Assembly (NCBI GenBank): GCA_028534125.1
Contig: CM052817.1
Location: 18,540,001-18,604,000, forward strand
Direction of reading: 5' to 3'
From: Lama glama
Lineage: Eukaryota
DNA length: 64,000 bases
This document shows, one piece after another, positions 50,939 through 64,000 of the stretch (position 1 is its first letter; each line of letters begins with the position of its first letter). The position numbers were made by a program, and so were the translations under genes. The notes beneath the pieces were generated by a model. The model made no database searches. It saw only the letters and a program-made list of their open reading frames with translations, and had not been told where the DNA came from.

Positions 50939-53792
50939 AGAAGCTTTATGGTCATCTGAATAAAAACAGGTGAATCTTGGAACTAAGGAACTGAGGTAAT
51001 GATAGCAGAGATGGAGAGACAGGCTTAGATTTGTAAAATGTGCCATCTATGTAATCAACATAACTGACTCTATCTCCTAAATCTTCTTCGTCACTGACAG
51101 GGTTGCAGGACACAGAGGTAAGGTCGAAAATGCTTACTCACTACAACTATGTCTCAATATTTTCACTTCTCTATTTAACCAAGTTTTACAGTATTTTTTC
51201 CCACTTATGTATAGAGAATGGTAGAGGCTTATAAAGAAAGAGAAGTTATGGTCCCTTTATTGGAGATACACAGAAGCTATCGAGAGATATATGGTTCAAG
51301 TACTTGGGAGAGAAAATGTTACATATGAACTCCTTTTAAAAATGGAGTGTAATTACAACTTTCTAGAGTGATCTATGTAAATCAATTCTAAAGGAAAACA
51401 AAATTTGAATATTTGAAGAGATAACTGACACACTAGATTGCAGAAATGCAAAATATTTGGGTGAGATGTCCAGCTACTTGGTGTAAAGCAAAACTCAGGC
51501 TTTTCCTCAAGTATTTATCTTCTTTCATTTTGAGGTTGTAAATGAAAATATTTTTATATTCTTCATACTTCCAGATGGCCTGGCATGCATACCTTTGGCT
51601 ATTTTTTTTAACTGATTAAATACATTTATTTCACAATCTATTTTCTGTTTCCACAGATCTCCTTGAGGCAGGGTAACATGTGGGGTGAGCCTCACTTTGG
51701 GGGGACAGGATTCCTTAACTTCCCTTGGACATTTTTAACCACTTGGGTGTATTTGTTCATTTTCTATCTCAGTTTTCTCATATGAGATGGAAGAATGAGT
51801 TTTGCCATATGAAATGGAAGAATGAGCCAAAGGCCATCATAACTTGCAAGACCTTCAGAAAGATACCTGGGTGCAATAATACAAAATGTCTGTACACTCA
51901 TTCAGAAGACTTCCTACCTCAGGTGGAGCCAAAGGATTTGTCCTCGAGGTGGGAATTCAGAACCAGAGCTGAGATTTGGGAAATAAAATTGCATGTTATA
52001 AAAGCCAGGAGGGAGCCTTTCTTCATAAATATTTACACAGAGATCTCAGGTGGCTGCACATCTCTAAATGTCAAATGCGAACGGCTGTGTAGGATTTCGT
52101 TCCTCACACTCAAAATAATCAGCTCTTTGCACTAATAGCATTTCAAAGGGAATTTTGAAAATGAAAGAATAAAGTAGCAACTTAAAAATTAGGAACTAGG
52201 GTAGCTGTTTAGTGTTCTGATATTTATGGAAAGAACTTCTCTATTTGCTTAGCTTGGAAAGCTCAATTTTCCAGGAGTTTTCAATTTTGGTCTTGTTTTC
52301 TGAAAAGAGATTTTCTTTTCAAAATAAGGACATTTTAATAAAGATTATTTTGTGCTTAAAAATATGCTGGTGCAAGTGGGCTGCCAACTTGGAGCTTAAA
52401 GACTACCTCTGAGGGTAAAATTCTTTACGCGACTTTTTCCTCCTCCATCTTGAGACCCGGTGGCCCAGGTTTAACATGGACATAGTCATCTGTTTGTTTT
52501 TGATAATTAAAAAATAATAAATATTGTTGTTCTGTGAATAGTTGAAGGAGCAGTTGAAATGAAAGTGCAGGGATTTACTTACTAGTTGTGTGACTTTGGG
52601 AAGTTTATTTAACTTTATCTTCAGTATCCTTGTAAAACGGTGATAATAATATTTTGCAAGTTTCTTGTTAGTATTAATTGACATAGTTTTAGTTACCTAT
52701 CATTTTTGAATACTTTATACTCAAGGGGTGGGCAGATCGACAGAATATAGCCCCTGTGTTCCAGGAACATTCTGTTTCAGGGCAAAGTGGTTGTTTTCCA
52801 ACATCGAACAGCTGATAGTTGTAATGTCATACCCACAGGATCTTTGCCATCTACCCTTTAATATGAACAAACACATTATCCTATGGTTTGTCACCACAGG
52901 TTTTCCTGTTGCCTTCAAAGAAACAGAAAACATTAATCTTTCCTTAATACAGAGTTTTAGCTACCAGATAAACTTGATATCACTTGATAGTTGATTATAT
53001 ATATACATACAAAGTTTCTAGAGTACTTTATTGTTATTTCTATTCACATATTAATATACTGACTCTTCCAAGTTCAACAAAAAATACGCCTCGTTTATGA
53101 TTCCTTCTCCTTACCTTCTGGAATCTGTTACTTCCTTATTCCTGCAAATGTGAAATATGGTACCTGTTGCAAAGGGTTTTATTTATTTGTCTCTCTATCT
53201 GACTTCTCAGATAGTTTTTGTTTGTTTGTTTTTGAATCTCAGGATCCAAGACAAAGTGTTTCAAAGAGCAGGTAGTGAACTAAAGAGTCAAATACTGCTG
53301 AGAAGCAGGAGAGTAAGAAAGGAGAACACACCTCGTTATGGCAAAAGTGGGGCATCTAGTGATGTTGACAAGAGGAGCTGTGGGTGTGAGACTTCAGTGG
53401 AGTGTAAGAAACAGACACTGAACTGAAGGAATTAAAGAGAGAATTGGAGATAGAGAATCAGGAAAGAAGTACAGACATGTAGCCTAGGAGTTTTGTTATT
53501 AAAGTTTTGAGGCTAATTCCACAGGTGCTACAAAGAGGCTGGAGCCTGAGGGTTTGTTGTTGTTGCTAGGTGGGAGATGGCTACAATGTTGCGCCAGTCA
53601 GAGTGATTCAGTAGAGATGGAAGCATGAAGTTTGGCGATGGAGAAGCCCGGAGATTCCACTCACTGACAAAGGAGAATGAGCAGAGAATATAAATGCAGA
53701 TACAGATGGTGGGTAGGTCCAGTGAAAGGATAATTAAGTAGTCTCGTCTCATTCTTCTGTTTTATTAGAAAATAAGATACACAGTCCATATT

Positions 53793-54206
53793 TGTGATAG
53801 TTACCTTTATGTGTCATGTTGAGTGACCACAGAGTGTCCAGGTTAAAACCATTTTCTGGGTGTGGCTGTAAGGGTGTCTCTGGATGAGACTAGCATTTGA
53901 ATCGGTAGATTTGTCTTCCCCAATGTGGGTGGGCATCATCCAATCCACTGAATGGGCTGAAGAGAATAAAAGGAAGAGGAAGGAGGAATTTGCCCTTTTC
54001 TGTTTCTTGCCTGCTTGATTTGGGACATCTCATCTCATACTCCCTGGCCCCCTTGACTGGGATTGAAACCATAGGCTCCTCTGATTCTCAGACCTTCTAA
54101 ATTGGATTGAATTATACCACGAGTCTTCTTAGATCTTCACCTTGCAGGTGGCAGAAATTATGGAGGAATATTAGTCCCCATAATTCTGTGAGCCAGTTTG
54201 TCACAA

Positions 54207-54245
<39 letters not shown>

Positions 54246-54258
54246 ATATTATATAGAA

Positions 54259-54291
<33 letters not shown>

Positions 54292-54342
54292 AATACATGT
54301 CTCCTACTGGTTCTGTTTCTCTGGAAAACTTTGACTAATAGA
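53793..54342 (+). mobile_element. MLT2 solo LTR with internal (TAAA)n and (TCTA)n
   Basis: ggatgagactagcatttgaatcgg, ccccaatgtgggtgggcatcatccaatcc and ggttctgtttctctgg...gactaata. Confidence 0.9.
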
Positions 54343-54639
54343 GTATCTGAGAGTCAGTAAGAAGAAGGCACATTGGAAAGAAGAGAAGAAAGTATAAGAA
54401 ATACAACTGTCTTTTGAAAAGGGTGATGGTGAACTGACTATGGGATGTTTTAGGACTTCCAGAAAAGGCTAGAAACTTTTTTATTGTCTGTGATCTTTGA
54501 TTAAACATTGTGTGCTTTTTCTTCTGTCACCTTATGCCCTGCAAACTTAGGCTTATAGTGGGCTCATGATTGAGTTTAACCAGGGGTTGGGATTTCCTCT
54601 TAAGTAAATGGTGGAAGAAGACAAGGAATTGAATGTACA

Positions 54640-55285
54640 CGAGAAGAAATGAAATATTCTTTCTTCTATTCTTGATGATCTTATCCAGTTTCAAGGCCTC
54701 AAATATCATCTGTACATTAATACTTTCAAAATACTATCATCCCAACTTTGTCCCTAAATCCCATATGCACATTCCCAACTTTGCACTTGGATTTCTAATA
54801 TGTGTCTGTATCTTCTTTGCAAAACTTACTCCTCCTCAAATTCTTCCTCATCTCAATAAACAACAGCTCTCTTCTTACACAATATATAATCTTGGCACCA
54901 TGTTTAAGTGGTATCTTGTTCTCATACATCCCATCCTTTCCATTTGCAAATGTTGTTAACTCTTCCCTCAGAATAGATCAGAGCCTGGCCACACCTCATT
55001 TCGTCTTCACTGCTACCACATGGCCCAGGCCACCATCTGTCTTGTCTGTGTTTGCTCTTTCTGCTTCTAACCTTACACACTACACTTTAACACCAAGTCC
55101 ATAGAAGAGTGGCCCTTCATTTGTTTGTACTTCCTCTGATTGTGTGAGAACAACACAAATCAGTTCATATCATTACTCAGCTCAAAGCATGCTAATGGTC
55201 TCTCGTCTCACTCAGAAGAATAGCTAAGTCTTTAAAATAGACCTATAGGGCTCATCTTTCTAGCCTTTTCCACTCTGACCTCATC
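54640..55285 (+). mobile_element. L2 fragment, apparently continuing after the gap
   Basis: catatcattactcagctcaaagc...tctcactcagaagaatagctaagtc. Confidence 0.65.
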
Positions 55286-55639
55286 TTTTTTTTTTTTTTT
55301 ACTCTGAGTTTGCCTTTTTTATTTTTTATTTTTTTTCAGTTTGGTCCAGCTATGTTTCTTTCTTTCTTTTCACATTTTTTATTGATTTATAATAATTTTA
55401 CAATATTGTGTCAAATTCCAGTGTAGAGCACAATTTTTCAGTTATACATGAACATATATATATTCATTGTCACATTTTTTTCACTGTGAGCTACCATAAG
55501 ATCTTGTGTATATTTCCTTGTGCTATACAGTATAATCTTGTTTATCTATTCTACAATTTTGAAATCCCAGTCTATCCCTTCCCACCCCCCACCCCCTTGG
55601 CAACCACAAGTTTGTATTCTATGTCGATGAGTCTATTTC
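55286..55639 (-). mobile_element. Young lineage-specific L1 3' end with composite tail, cut by the gap
   Basis: acaatattgtgtcaaattccagtgtagagcac...ccccttggcaaccacaagtttgtattctatg, with several T tracts at 55286-55380. Confidence 0.85.
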
Positions 55640-56139
55640 NNNNNNNNNNNNNNNNNNNNNNNNNNNNNNNNNNNNNNNNNNNNNNNNNNNNNNNNNNNNN
55701 NNNNNNNNNNNNNNNNNNNNNNNNNNNNNNNNNNNNNNNNNNNNNNNNNNNNNNNNNNNNNNNNNNNNNNNNNNNNNNNNNNNNNNNNNNNNNNNNNNNN
55801 NNNNNNNNNNNNNNNNNNNNNNNNNNNNNNNNNNNNNNNNNNNNNNNNNNNNNNNNNNNNNNNNNNNNNNNNNNNNNNNNNNNNNNNNNNNNNNNNNNNN
55901 NNNNNNNNNNNNNNNNNNNNNNNNNNNNNNNNNNNNNNNNNNNNNNNNNNNNNNNNNNNNNNNNNNNNNNNNNNNNNNNNNNNNNNNNNNNNNNNNNNNN
56001 NNNNNNNNNNNNNNNNNNNNNNNNNNNNNNNNNNNNNNNNNNNNNNNNNNNNNNNNNNNNNNNNNNNNNNNNNNNNNNNNNNNNNNNNNNNNNNNNNNNN
56101 NNNNNNNNNNNNNNNNNNNNNNNNNNNNNNNNNNNNNNN
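55640..56139. other. Assembly gap (500 N)
   Basis: Run of N. Confidence 1.
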
Positions 56140-57984
56140 TCCCTGGCCAGGCCTACCCTAACTCCACTACTTTGTGCAACACCCTCTGCTGTTACCCTCC
56201 TTCACTTCTTAGTCTCTTTCTCTGACTTATTTTACTCCATTTAACTTGTGTGTGTGCACACACCTTGCATTTTGGCCGAACGGTCTTGCATGTAAGCCAA
56301 TAATTGACTAAAGCTGAGTGTCACTGTTATAGAATAATAACTCTGAATTATAAGCAAATATTATCTATTTTTACATTTTTCGACTTTAATAATAAAAATA
56401 TAGATGTCAATCTTACAAAACTTGGCCTTCCAGAGCTGGAAAAACACCCTTTCAGCATTGTCAGGTGCAAGCTTGTTCAGGAGACACCGTATGGCATCTT
56501 TGTGGTACTGAATTGCTTTCAAAAACTAAGACTTTTTTTCTAGCTCTGTTCACAAAAAGTAACTACATTGGTGATATTCCCAATAAATTTTTCAGTTTTT
56601 GTTCCTCAACATGAGAACATAACTAGGTAAAGTATTTCATTTTTGGCCCCTAGATCAGAAAATTTTGTCAGTGTTGATGATGTAGTTTCACTCAAACAAT
56701 TCCATAAATTACACCTTTTATACTGCTACATAAAAGATACTGAATATTTTCAGAAGCAAATTTGAGATTGTTGCCTCACTAATTATATTTTATTTCTGAC
56801 ATTTTTTGCTCTATACAATGCCTTAAGAAAAATGCTACTTTATTTATAAATCACAAGAAAACATCGGTCTGGAAATATGGAAATGGAGTAAAATCATGGT
56901 TTAAAGACAACTAAATTCTCCCTCGGCTTCTATTGGTGTCTCAGCTTGAATTGTATTGACGCTAATTTTAGCACCTGCTCTGGTGTAGAATGTTATAGAA
57001 ATTATCAGGTGAGAAATATCTATACTGTCAAGGTTTATAAATTTTATTTGTAGTTTCCAGAAAATAAACTGTTTTCTCTGCAAAAAAAAAAAATTCTATC
57101 CACTTCAATATTATATGCTAAATACCGCACATGACATTACTTTGCATAGAATCCCTGCTGTTCTGTTAGAACTTATTATAGTAAAATAATAACAGAATCT
57201 GTTGTGTGTTAGGATTTTGTCTTTGGCTGAAAAAAGAATGCGGTCAACTGTCTCTGTTAATGGCCAGCAGCTCATTCATCCTGTACAGGGCTAGAATCAC
57301 TTTATGAACACTCAACTGAAGGCTTTTATTTTCTATTCTATAAATCTTTCTTCTGTCAGAATCATCATGTTGTCATCTGTTTGAAACCCAGAAATCTCTT
57401 GGCCAGATGGCAAAAAAAGATACATTGTTGAATTGATCAAGAATCCATATGCAGTCAAACTTTAAAAAAAAAAATCATCTGTTGTTTCTGCATATCCAAA
57501 AACCTAATTGACCAGACTGAAAAGAATGCATTTAATATCACCACAGACTTCTATGTGTATAGAAAAATATAATGCAGAAAGAAAAAGTGATTTTGATCAT
57601 TTGTTTTCCAGCAGGAATTTTGAACCTAAGACTGATAAGTTTTGTAAATCTCCAAAATTTTCTTTTTTGGGGCTAAAAATTTTGCTGGTTTGTGCTAATC
57701 AAATGCATAATATTTTTGTTTACTATTTTAACAACCATAATGTCAAAACATTAAAAGAGTTTCCTCCAAAAATAATTTTGGAATGTCTTATTTTCTTGTT
57801 TGACTAGTGAGAACAAATTGTGTTTTTTATACCTTATTTTTCTCTTATTATTATATTCTATATAATGTATCCTCAAAAAGGAATTGACACGCATGTTGCT
57901 GTATGTGATTTTGGTGTTTATTCTCCTCATGAGATTTTGAGCTGGTAGATCAATCCTCTGCTTTTAGATGCTTTTTCCAAATGA

Positions 57985-59920
57985 TGAAGAGATGGTTACT
58001 AGACCCTGGTCTTTCTAGGGGAAAAGTCAATGGGCAGCCAAGGAGAATGCTATGTGTTATCTGTAATCAGAAAAAGGCAGGAATGGAGATGGTGGGGCTG
58101 AGGGCATTCGTCCCAGTAAAAAGTCTTGACCCCTCATCCAGTTCCCGGACCTGAGCCATTTTTCAGATTTGGACTTAGTGAATGAAAAGAGGGACCCTGC
58201 AAGATAACAGGTACATATCATGATTCCTCCCCAAATCTTCTCCAAAGAGATCACTGGCTATATACTCAAGTGACTGTATGCTGGGAAAGAAGACCATCCA
58301 GTTATATTGAGGACTGTTAAACACAAAATTTGACTTGATATTGAAATCTGGACCCCCTAAACCTCTTGATGAGTCTCCTATTAGAGTGGGGACTTATACA
58401 TCCCAGGTAATAAATGGGATCCTGACTAATGCTCATCTTACTGTGATTCTACTGTGTTCCTAGATCCACCTGGTTGTTATTTCTTTGGTCCCTAAGAGCA
58501 TAATTGGGATAGATACATTTGGCAATTAAAATGAAGCCCACATTAGGTCTTTGGCCTATTGGGTAAGAGTTATCAAATTGGGGAAGGTCAAATAGAAGTT
58601 TCCACACAAATGTCCCTTGATCTTAGCCAAGAGAGCAAAAAACAAAAACAAAACAAAATAAAAAAACCAAATCAAACCAAACCAAACTAAACAATCCCAA
58701 CCCCCAAAACAAAAACAAGAGAGCAAGCAGCCGACAAATGGACAAAAGGCTCAAGATAGCTCTGAGGAAGAACATTAGATGTTAATGCCACCTTTTCCTA
58801 AAGGGTATCTCCATTTAATTGACCATTCTGGCCCCTGCAGAAACCAAATGGATCCTTAAAGATGGCTAGAAACTACCATAAGCTTAACCAAGTTTCAGCT
58901 ATTTATTAGGACATCATATGGCTAATAGTAAGGCTTCAGGTACTCGGTATGCACCCACAGATTTGGAGAATGCATCATTTTTTATTCTAATCAGAAAAGA
59001 GATTCAGAAACAGATTGCATTTATATGGCTCTGTTGAACCCCAGATTTCTTATGGCAATGTAAAAATGCCAGATCCATAAGCATGGATTCTCACACAACA
59101 AAGCATCTGACTAGAGGATTCATCAGTAGGCACAGGCATAGCCCTGTGGCTTTGGGGTACACTGGTTGTATCATATACTAAGCAATTCAGCAGCTGTTAG
59201 CTCTAGAGAGCATTTGAATAGTCTACTAAAGGCAGAGCTGAGGTGTGAGCTCAGAGGCGGTAGTCTTCAAGAATGAGGTCCCATTCTTCAAGACACAATA
59301 CCTGAATCAGCTCCCTCTCTATGATACTATTTCCATAATAAGAAGAATTAATGAGCCAGAAAGTAAGTGGTAGAAGCAAGAGTGGCCCCACTTAACATTC
59401 TCCCCAAGAATTCTTAGCAGGACTTTGTGTTTGTGTCCCTACAATGCTGAAACCCGTAGGATTAGAGGTCTTGGTCCCTAAAAGGAAAAGAGTGTTGCCA
59501 GTAGCACAGAAATAGTTCATTGAACCAGAAACTTCAGCTTCCACCTGTGCACACTGGATTCTTAATATCCAGTGACCAGCATGCAGGAAGAGAAGACACT
59601 GTCTGGTCAGAGGTAATTGAAGCTGATCAGTAGAGTGAGAAAGGGCTATTTGTACTTGGTGGGGAGAGGGAGGAATACAGTGCAATACAGGTGATCCACT
59701 TGGGTACTACTTGATAATCCTTTGCTCAGTTATAACTGTAAATGGACATGTACAGTGACCTTGGCTTGAGAAGGGCTCAGATCACTCAGGAGTGAAGGTT
59801 TGGGTCTCACCACCATGTAAGCCACTAAGATCAGTGAGATGATAGGTTAGGGTGAAAAGAATTCAGAACATACTGGAGTAGGAAGACAGTGAGTACCAGT
59901 CAAGGCTTGAAAACAACTGA
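57985..59920 (+). mobile_element. Ancient ERVL-class internal fragment (pro, RT start, IN and dUTPase remnants)
   Basis: GLLNT (decayed LLDTG), PIRVGTYTSQVING near 58377, and PFN*PFWPLQKPNGSLKMARNYHKLNQ near 58812. ttagaggtcttggtccctaaa parallels 42565-42583. Confidence 0.8.
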
Positions 59921-59924
59921 AACT

Positions 59925-60345
59925 CACTAATATACCCACTACCCAGCTTAAGAAATAGAGTATTACCAGCATCCTCCCAAACACTATTCCTCTCTTCCCT
60001 TTCCTTCAGAAAGTTTAACCTCTATTCTGAGCTCTAACAACAGAGCAGCTTTTCCTCATTTTTAGAACTTTCTGTAAATGGAATCAAAATTTGTGTTTTT
60101 TTGTGTCTGGCTTCTTTTATTCAAAAATTTGTTTGGGTGTTTATGTATATGGTTATTTTGGTTCTACTTGTTCTGTTTATTTGCTGTACATTATTTCATT
60201 TTATATGCTACATAAATGTATTTACTCATATTACACTTGATAGACAGTTAGATTTTTTTTTCCAGTTTGAGGCTGTTAAAAATATTGCTGTCCCATACAT
60301 GGAAAAAACTGTGAAAATTTATATATATATATATATATATACATG

Positions 60346-60383
<38 letters not shown>

Positions 60384-61220
60384 TGTATTTATTGAAGTAC
60401 AGTCAGTTTACAATGTGTCAATTTCTGGTGTATAGCATAATGTTTCAGTTATACATGAATATATATATATTTCAATTTCATATTCTTTTTCACCATAAGT
60501 TGCTACATGGTATTAAATATAGTTTCTTGTGCTATACAGTATGAAATTATTTTCTATCCATTTTATATATATTAGTATCTGCAAATCTCAAACTTCCAAT
60601 TAATCCGTTCCCACCTTCTTCCCCTCCTGGTAACCATAAGTTTGTTTTCTGTGTCTGTGAGTCTGTTTCTGTTTTGTAATTAAATTCATTTGTCTTTTTT
60701 TTTTTTGAGATTCCACATATAAGTAATATCATATGGTATTTTTCTTTCTCTGTCTGGCTGACTTCACTTAGAATGACAGTCTCCAGGTCCATCCATGCTG
60801 CTACAAATGGCACTATTTTATTATTTTTTATGGCTGAGTAGTATTCCATTGTATAAATATACCACAACTTCTTTATCCAGTCATCTGTCAATGGACATCT
60901 AGGTTGTTTTCAAGTCTTGGCTATTGTAAATAGTGCTGCTATGAACACTGGGGTGCATGTATCTTATAAAAATATTTTTTAAAAATTAAAAATTGCTCTC
61001 CAGAACATTCCAGTACATACTTTTGGTTGAAATGTGTACATAGTGTACCCATTTCTGTTGAGTGTGTACTTGGAAGTGAAATTGCTCGGTTATAGAATAT
61101 GCATATGGTCAACTTCAGGAAATAATGCCAAACAGTTTTCTGAAGTAATCTTACCAAATGACACCTCACCATCAACGAATCAAAGTTTTAGTTGATCTGC
61201 TCTCTTGCCAATACTTACAT
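59925..61220 (-). mobile_element. Old L1M 3' region with a nested younger L1 3' end (60385-60965) and a (TA)n tail
   Basis: Minus ORF 60547-60891, DDWIKKLWYIYTMEYYSAIKNNKIVPFVAAWMDLETVILSEVSQ, is the ORF2p C-terminus. Confidence 0.9.
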
Positions 61221-62814
61221 GAATAGCAGTAGTAGAAAAATTAATGAGAATTATATAATTAAAATTATAATACAATTAACAACCACCTCAGTTTTAAAAA
61301 TAAATTGAACAGCCATATAGTCTTTGAATAATTTTATCCAGACATATGGCTCTGATAAAGAATTCAAATTTTTAACATTACCAATGACATCTTTGGACAA
61401 AGGATTTTTAAATAAATCTATGTCTATCTCAAAGGAACAATATTTTTAACACTCATTTTGAAGTAAATTTATACTTGTGAGTATAATTTTATAATTATAT
61501 ATAAATTATATATATATAAATTATATAAAATATAAAATTATACACATGTGAGAAAATAATTTCAAGATAAAATCTTTTTATACAAATTTTTATGAATATA
61601 TTCATCAATCTGACAATTGCACCTAAATCTCAAATATAGTACCTGCTGACAATTTCTGAAGTTAGTTCTGAGATTTTGCAATACCTTTCAAAAAATGGGG
61701 AAGGAGAAAATGAAGATGAAAATAGCTTCTAGACCATTTAGATAGGGCAGATGTCATTATAATTGAAGTCACAGATGAAATATATACTTTACTTGACTAA
61801 ATTTAGCTCTGAACTTACTGGTCATAATGATAGAAATGGGAGCAGTTTCATATAGTTCTCACTGATTATTAATTAGAAATATGCAACGTTTCTATAGATT
61901 TTTCTCCTTTCTCATAATCCTTCTTTGAGTTACTCCATAACAATAAAGAATAGCCCATTCTATCCAATATTTTGTGTATTTCCTTAAAATTTTGTATCAA
62001 AGTCTATTTTTTTCTGACAATCTTCCCAGTATTTGTGTAAGATAGTATCACAGAGTGAGTCTACACGGGATAGAAAAATCCTTCCAAAGGTGATATTCCA
62101 AATAAGCCACATCCATAAGCCACAAGCATCAGAGATACTTTATGTTTATGTTGTTTGTAAAAAGGCAGGACTAAATATTCTGAATTTGAGTACTGGTGTC
62201 ATTGGTTTTATCTTTACAAATTTTGGTAAATTATTTGACTTTTTTGAGCCTCAATTTCCACATTTGAAAGATAATGCTAATAATATGTACCTTGAAGTCT
62301 TATTGTAAAGATTATAACAGTGCAGCCTATTTAAAAAATACTTGGTGAATCAGTGAATTCTTGAAAAGTGTATAAAACTTTTGGCACACTGACTATTTTC
62401 AATAACTACTATTTCCTGCAAAGAAGAACTTATAAACATTTAGAAAAATATTGACTTGTTGCACTAATAGAAATTGTATTTTGTGGAAAAACAAGTCTTA
62501 CAATAATTTCATTTAGTTTTCTGTGCCTAAAGAGATCTTACCATTGGAATTGTGTACTTATAGAGAGGCAAGCTTTAGTGACAAACAATGCAACTTTGAG
62601 GAATCCAATAGCTTCCTTGGTTTATTTTGTCATTTTCTCTGACTGCTTAAGTGCTATCAAAAGACCTTCCTTCCACAGCTTATTTCATAAAAGGAGTATT
62701 GAGTATCAGAGAGAGACTATGTAAGGACATAAATAAGCCACCCACAAATGCAGTCCTTCAAACTTTGTTTTCTATACTGCTTTATATGCTCCAAATAATA
62801 CAATGTTTTAAAAT

Positions 62815-62995
62815 TTTACTTTTTATTTTTTATTGACATATAGTTGATAAACAATATTGTGTTAGTTTCTAGTGTGCAGCATAGTGATTCAGTTATGTAT
62901 ATATATTCTTTTTCATATTCTTTTCCATTATAGATTATTACAAGATATTGAGTATAGTTCCCTGCACTATGCAGTAGGACCTTGTTGTTTCTATA
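62815..62995 (-). mobile_element. Short L1 3' end
   Basis: tattgacatatagttga...gttccctgcactatgcagtaggaccttgttg. Confidence 0.85.
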
Positions 62996-64000
62996 GTGTT
63001 TTTCGAATTTTTTTTTTTCTTTTCCTCTTAGAGGTTAAGTGCTCTATGTTCAAGGAATGACATTCTGGGTCTCATGCCACACACCTCTGTGTATAATATA
63101 ATTCTCACTTTAATTTCTTGTTCTCCATTTCCTTACATTTGCAGGTAGCTGTGCTTCCAAGACTCCATTCAGGTTGTTCAACAGAAAGACTCCTTGAGGA
63201 ATCAAATATTTCATGCCAATTTCTACTGAAGCTACAGTTTAAATGAAATACCAAAATATAAGCTATAGCCTCATTCAGGGATTCACTTGTTCCCAGAGTC
63301 TTTAAATTGGCCATTATCAAGGTCACTAAGGCTGAATGAACTTTATCTTGTTGCATCTGAACCTCCCATGTATCACAGTAACCTTGAAGTATCACTGAGG
63401 AAAATGAGTGTCTCTAAATCCAGCATTTGATCAGATTTATTCCTAAATGTAATAATACATCTTTTTCACACTTATTTTATTTCTACTTGTATCTAAAATC
63501 ATTTTTGAAAAAACTACAAGTCTTTGTTATCTTGCTCTCTCGAATTTCTAGCATTGCTCCCTAAGGGATTTCATTAATTGCTTTACAATTCAAGTTCAGG
63601 TAATGAAATTGTGTATATAGCTTTATTAATCCAAGTTTTGCTTTTGTCTTGTTTGCTTTCATGGGATAACCTCAAACCTTGATTAGTGATTTAAAAATCA
63701 ATATCTTATAAAGGGAAAATTGCTTTTATATCTTACTTTACAGTGTTTTGCTATACACAGCCATTATTGGTTTAAATGAAGAAAGGTTAACTGTTCAAAT
63801 CAAAAGTAAACCTTATATGTGGCTTATATACAGCAGACTCAGCAGTCATGGTCTACTGTGTGGCAAAGAAAAGCACATTAATAAAGTAGTTTATCACCTA
63901 CTTATTCTCCCAAATTCTTTTAAAATTAGGCTTAATTCTGTTAATTGGAAGCTTATTGTGACAACTATTTGTTTTTGCACATTTTTGTCAGCTTATTTTT

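Noticed and set aside
55408..56244. Longest track ORF (278 aa)
   Set aside because: Artefact of the N gap plus antisense L1 3' UTR.
60101..60544. 147-aa hydrophobic ORF and other YIYI/VCVC-type ORFs
   Set aside because: Read through microsatellites and antisense L1.
1..64000. CRISPR arrays, operons or other prokaryotic systems
   Set aside because: Mammalian repeat-rich DNA with no regularly spaced repeat-spacer array or dense coding.

Overview
AT-rich mammalian genomic DNA, most likely from a camelid (inferred from two tRNA-derived SINEs of the vic-1 type and young L1 3' ends). It looks intergenic or deep-intronic and is dominated by decayed interspersed repeats: L1, L2, MIR, MaLR (MLT1), ERVL (MLT2 plus internal gag/pro/RT/IN/dUTPase remnants), ERV1-type solo LTRs, hAT-Charlie and Tigger elements, microsatellites, and a 500-N gap. 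I recognise no intact host gene or RNA gene, and most track ORFs are repeat-derived or chance. The best-supported unusual signals are retrotransposition by-products: a 550-bp polyadenylated non-L1 insert with a perfect 17-bp TSD inside an ERVL provirus, two L1 3'-transduction candidates, two twin-primed inverted L1s, an L1 insertion replacing part of an LTR, and a 60-nt L1 fragment captured in an LTR. A few unique stretches have exon-like splice architecture but are unverified. I cannot support a claim of a new biological system. Repeat family names come from recall of consensus sequences rather than a search, and many boundaries are approximate.
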